The position numbers and the translations under genes are program-made. From an uncultured Ardenticatenales bacterium (GTDB lineage: Bacteria; Chloroflexota; Anaerolineae; Ardenticatenales; JAADHH01), in the NCBI GenBank assembly GCA_964508275.1, contig CAZDTE010000002.1, positions 1-60,539 on the forward strand: 60,539 nucleotides of DNA. Reading direction: 5' to 3'. Position 1 is the stretch's first letter, and the number at the start of each line of letters is the position of its first letter. Shown here piece after piece: positions 59,132 through 60,539 of the stretch. The notes beneath the pieces were generated by a model, which was given only the letters and a program-made list of their open reading frames with translations, was not told the DNA's origin and made no database searches.

Positions 59132-60253
59132 ATGACGAATACAGCGCGACGGTTGGGTGTCCTGACGGGTGGTGGCGATTGTCCGGGCTTGAACGCCGTC
59201 ATCCGCGCCATCGTGAACACGGCCATCAACGAGTACAGTTGGGATGTGTTGGGCTTCGAGGACGGGTTCGAGGGCCTCATCCAGCCGGGGAAAGTGCGGT
59301 CGCTCACGCTGGCCGATGTGCGAGGCATTCTGCCCCAGGGTGGCACGATCTTGGGCACGACCAACCGGGCCAACCCATTCCATTACGAGGTGGAGACGGA
59401 GGAGGGCGTGAAGGTCTTCGATGTGTCGGATGACGTGGTGCGGCACGCGCAAGTGCTGGGCATCGATGTGTTGGTCGTCATCGGCGGTGATGGGTCGCTG
59501 CGCATAGGCCAAGAGCTGATCGAGAAGGGGATGAAGATCGTCGGCGTGCCCAAGACGATCGATAACGACCTTCAAGGTACTGTTGTGACCTTTGGCTTCG
59601 ATACCGCCGTCAACACCGCCATGGAGGCCCTCGACAAGCTGCACACCACCGCCGAGAGCCACCACCGCGTCATCATCTTGGAGGTGATGGGGCGTGACGC
59701 CGGCTGGATCGCCCTGCAGGCCGGTATCGCCGGCGGAGCGGACGTCATTCTGATCCCCGAAATCCCCTATGACCTGGAGGTGATTGCCGGCAAGATCAAC
59801 GCCCGGAATCGGCGTGGAGCCAAGTTCAGCATCGTGGTGATCGCCGAAGGAGCCAGGTCGGTGGGCGGCGACGCTGTGTACCAGGAGGGGCGCGAGATCG
59901 GCGCCGTTCGCCGACTGGGCGGAATCGGCGAAGCGCTGGCCGGGCAACTCAGGACTAGCTGCCAGACTGAGGTGCGTGTGACCGTGCTCGGACATCTCCA
60001 GCGCGGCGGATCTCCGTCCGCGTTCGACCGGCTACTGGCCAGTCGCTTTGGTGCGATGGCGGTGCATCTGGTCGCCGAGGGCCAAGTCGGGCACATGGTC
60101 GCCCTGGAGAATGACCGCATTGTCAGCGTGCCGATCGCGGAGGCCGTCGCGCAGCAGAAGTTTGTCCCTCTGGACAGCGACATCCTGCGCACAGCCTTTG
60201 GACTCGACATCTGCTTGGGCAACACGCGCGCGGCCATGGCGGCCAGCCCATGA
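59132..60253 (+). CDS. pfkA: 6-phosphofructokinase
   Basis: GVLTGGGDCPGLNA, IGGDGS, PKTIDND and VMGRDAG motifs. 373 aa. Confidence 0.92.
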   Translation: MTNTARRLGVLTGGGDCPGLNAVIRAIVNTAINEYSWDVLGFEDGFEGLIQPGKVRSLTLADVRGILPQGGTILGTTNRANPFHYEVETEEGVKVFDVSDDVVRHAQVLGIDVLVVIGGDGSLRIGQELIEKGMKIVGVPKTIDNDLQGTVVTFGFDTAVNTAMEALDKLHTTAESHHRVIILEVMGRDAGWIALQAGIAGGADVILIPEIPYDLEVIAGKINARNRRGAKFSIVVIAEGARSVGGDAVYQEGREIGAVRRLGGIGEALAGQLRTSCQTEVRVTVLGHLQRGGSPSAFDRLLASRFGAMAVHLVAEGQVGHMVALENDRIVSVPIAEAVAQQKFVPLDSDILRTAFGLDICLGNTRAAMAASP

Positions 60254-60457
60254 ACCCGGAACGCTGTGCCGTGCGCACGCGGCGTACGCCACCAAGGATG
60301 AATATGGGGTCACAGATCTCCCTCATTCAATCCCACCCGCTGGGGGGAAGCGGCCGCCGGCGAGCGTTCGCTCTCCCATGCGAGGGTCCCCCTCAGTGGG
60401 GAGCTGGTGTTTTCACGGGAGTTATGACGTATCATCTCAATAACTTGGGGAACACCC

Positions 60458-60539
60458 CCGGCCCCCAATTCTGGGGGAGCACGCCCCCCAATTCTGGGGG
60501 AGCACGCCCCCCAATTCTGGGGGAGCACGCCCCCCAATT
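60458..60539. repeat. 23-bp tandem direct repeat (ACGCCCCCCAATTCTGGGGGAGC), 3 full copies plus 1 partial, truncated by the window end
   Basis: Units at 60458, 60481, 60504 and 60527. Each unit contains the small palindrome CCCCCA-ATTC-TGGGGG. There are no spacers between units. Confidence 0.9.

Noticed and set aside
60458-60539. A possible CRISPR array
   Set aside because: The repeats are directly adjacent with no spacers, the unit is only 23 bp, and no cas genes are in the window.
1-60539. tRNA, rRNA, tmRNA, RNase P and SRP RNA genes; IS elements, integrases, prophage genes and toxin-antitoxin pairs
   Set aside because: I scanned by eye for the hallmark motifs (GGTTCGAATCC-type T-arms, GAGGAAAGTCC, transposase or integrase-like ORFs, small paired ORFs) and found none. 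A computational scan with tRNAscan-SE, Infernal and ISfinder is still needed to be sure.

Overview
This is a 60,539-bp high-GC bacterial chromosomal window. My hand counts of a few coding lines give 37-46 G+C per 60 nt, and several intergenic islands are clearly AT-richer. By eye I call about 46 protein genes. I recognised no rRNA, tRNA, CRISPR array, transposase, integrase or phage gene. The gene content suggests a filamentous Chloroflexota-like monoderm, but that is inference only. The clues are a translin-like protein, a DUF2723/TMEM260-like enzyme plus many other GT-C membrane glycosyltransferases, Pro/Thr-linker exoproteins, heptanucleotide and other short repeat families, and near-consensus TTGACA-17-TATAAT promoters. 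Layout: (1) a minus-strand operon hisS-nadK-TPR/B-box membrane protein-recN-HIT (254-5419). (2) An ALDH7-like dehydrogenase and a convergent GT39-like glycosyltransferase. (3) A DNA-maintenance neighbourhood: sbcD, a candidate sRNA/leader, an S1-domain protein, ftsK, a DUF2723 GT-C enzyme, ssb, a translin-like protein, pcrA and prfA (9768-21676). (4) An AT-richer island with two paralogous small proteins, then OsmC-HEAT-OsmC and murJ. (5) A LacI-controlled CUT1-type sugar ABC importer followed by two cytoplasmic glycosyltransferases (26519-33899). (6) An exoprotein block (34112-40528): a membrane-anchored GH-like protein, a CBM9+DNRLRE protein with a ~100-aa TPTPT linker, surE, and a 4x CarboxypepD_reg-repeat protein. 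(7) A minus-strand operon (40902-48425) encoding a zinc-ribbon / class III cyclase / P-loop STAND / TPR protein, a cNMP-binding patatin phospholipase, an OmpR-type regulator and a HAMP histidine kinase, with a near-consensus promoter and a 24-bp palindromic operator. (8) An enoyl-CoA hydratase. (9) Seven translationally coupled polytopic membrane genes, six of them GT-C-like (50027-59075). (10) pfkA and a 23-bp tandem repeat that runs off the window. The most interesting candidates are: the cyclase-STAND + cNMP-gated patatin operon, a possible second-messenger-triggered membrane-attack or defence-like module; the seven-gene GT-C array, a possible extracytoplasmic glycan or protein O-glycosylation assembly line with PT-linker substrates nearby; a 3-copy palindromic module at a fixed distance upstream of promoters; a candidate sRNA bounded by a promoter and a terminator; and STRR-like heptanucleotide arrays in and next to glycosyltransferase genes. 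All family assignments are motif recognition by eye. None was checked against a database.
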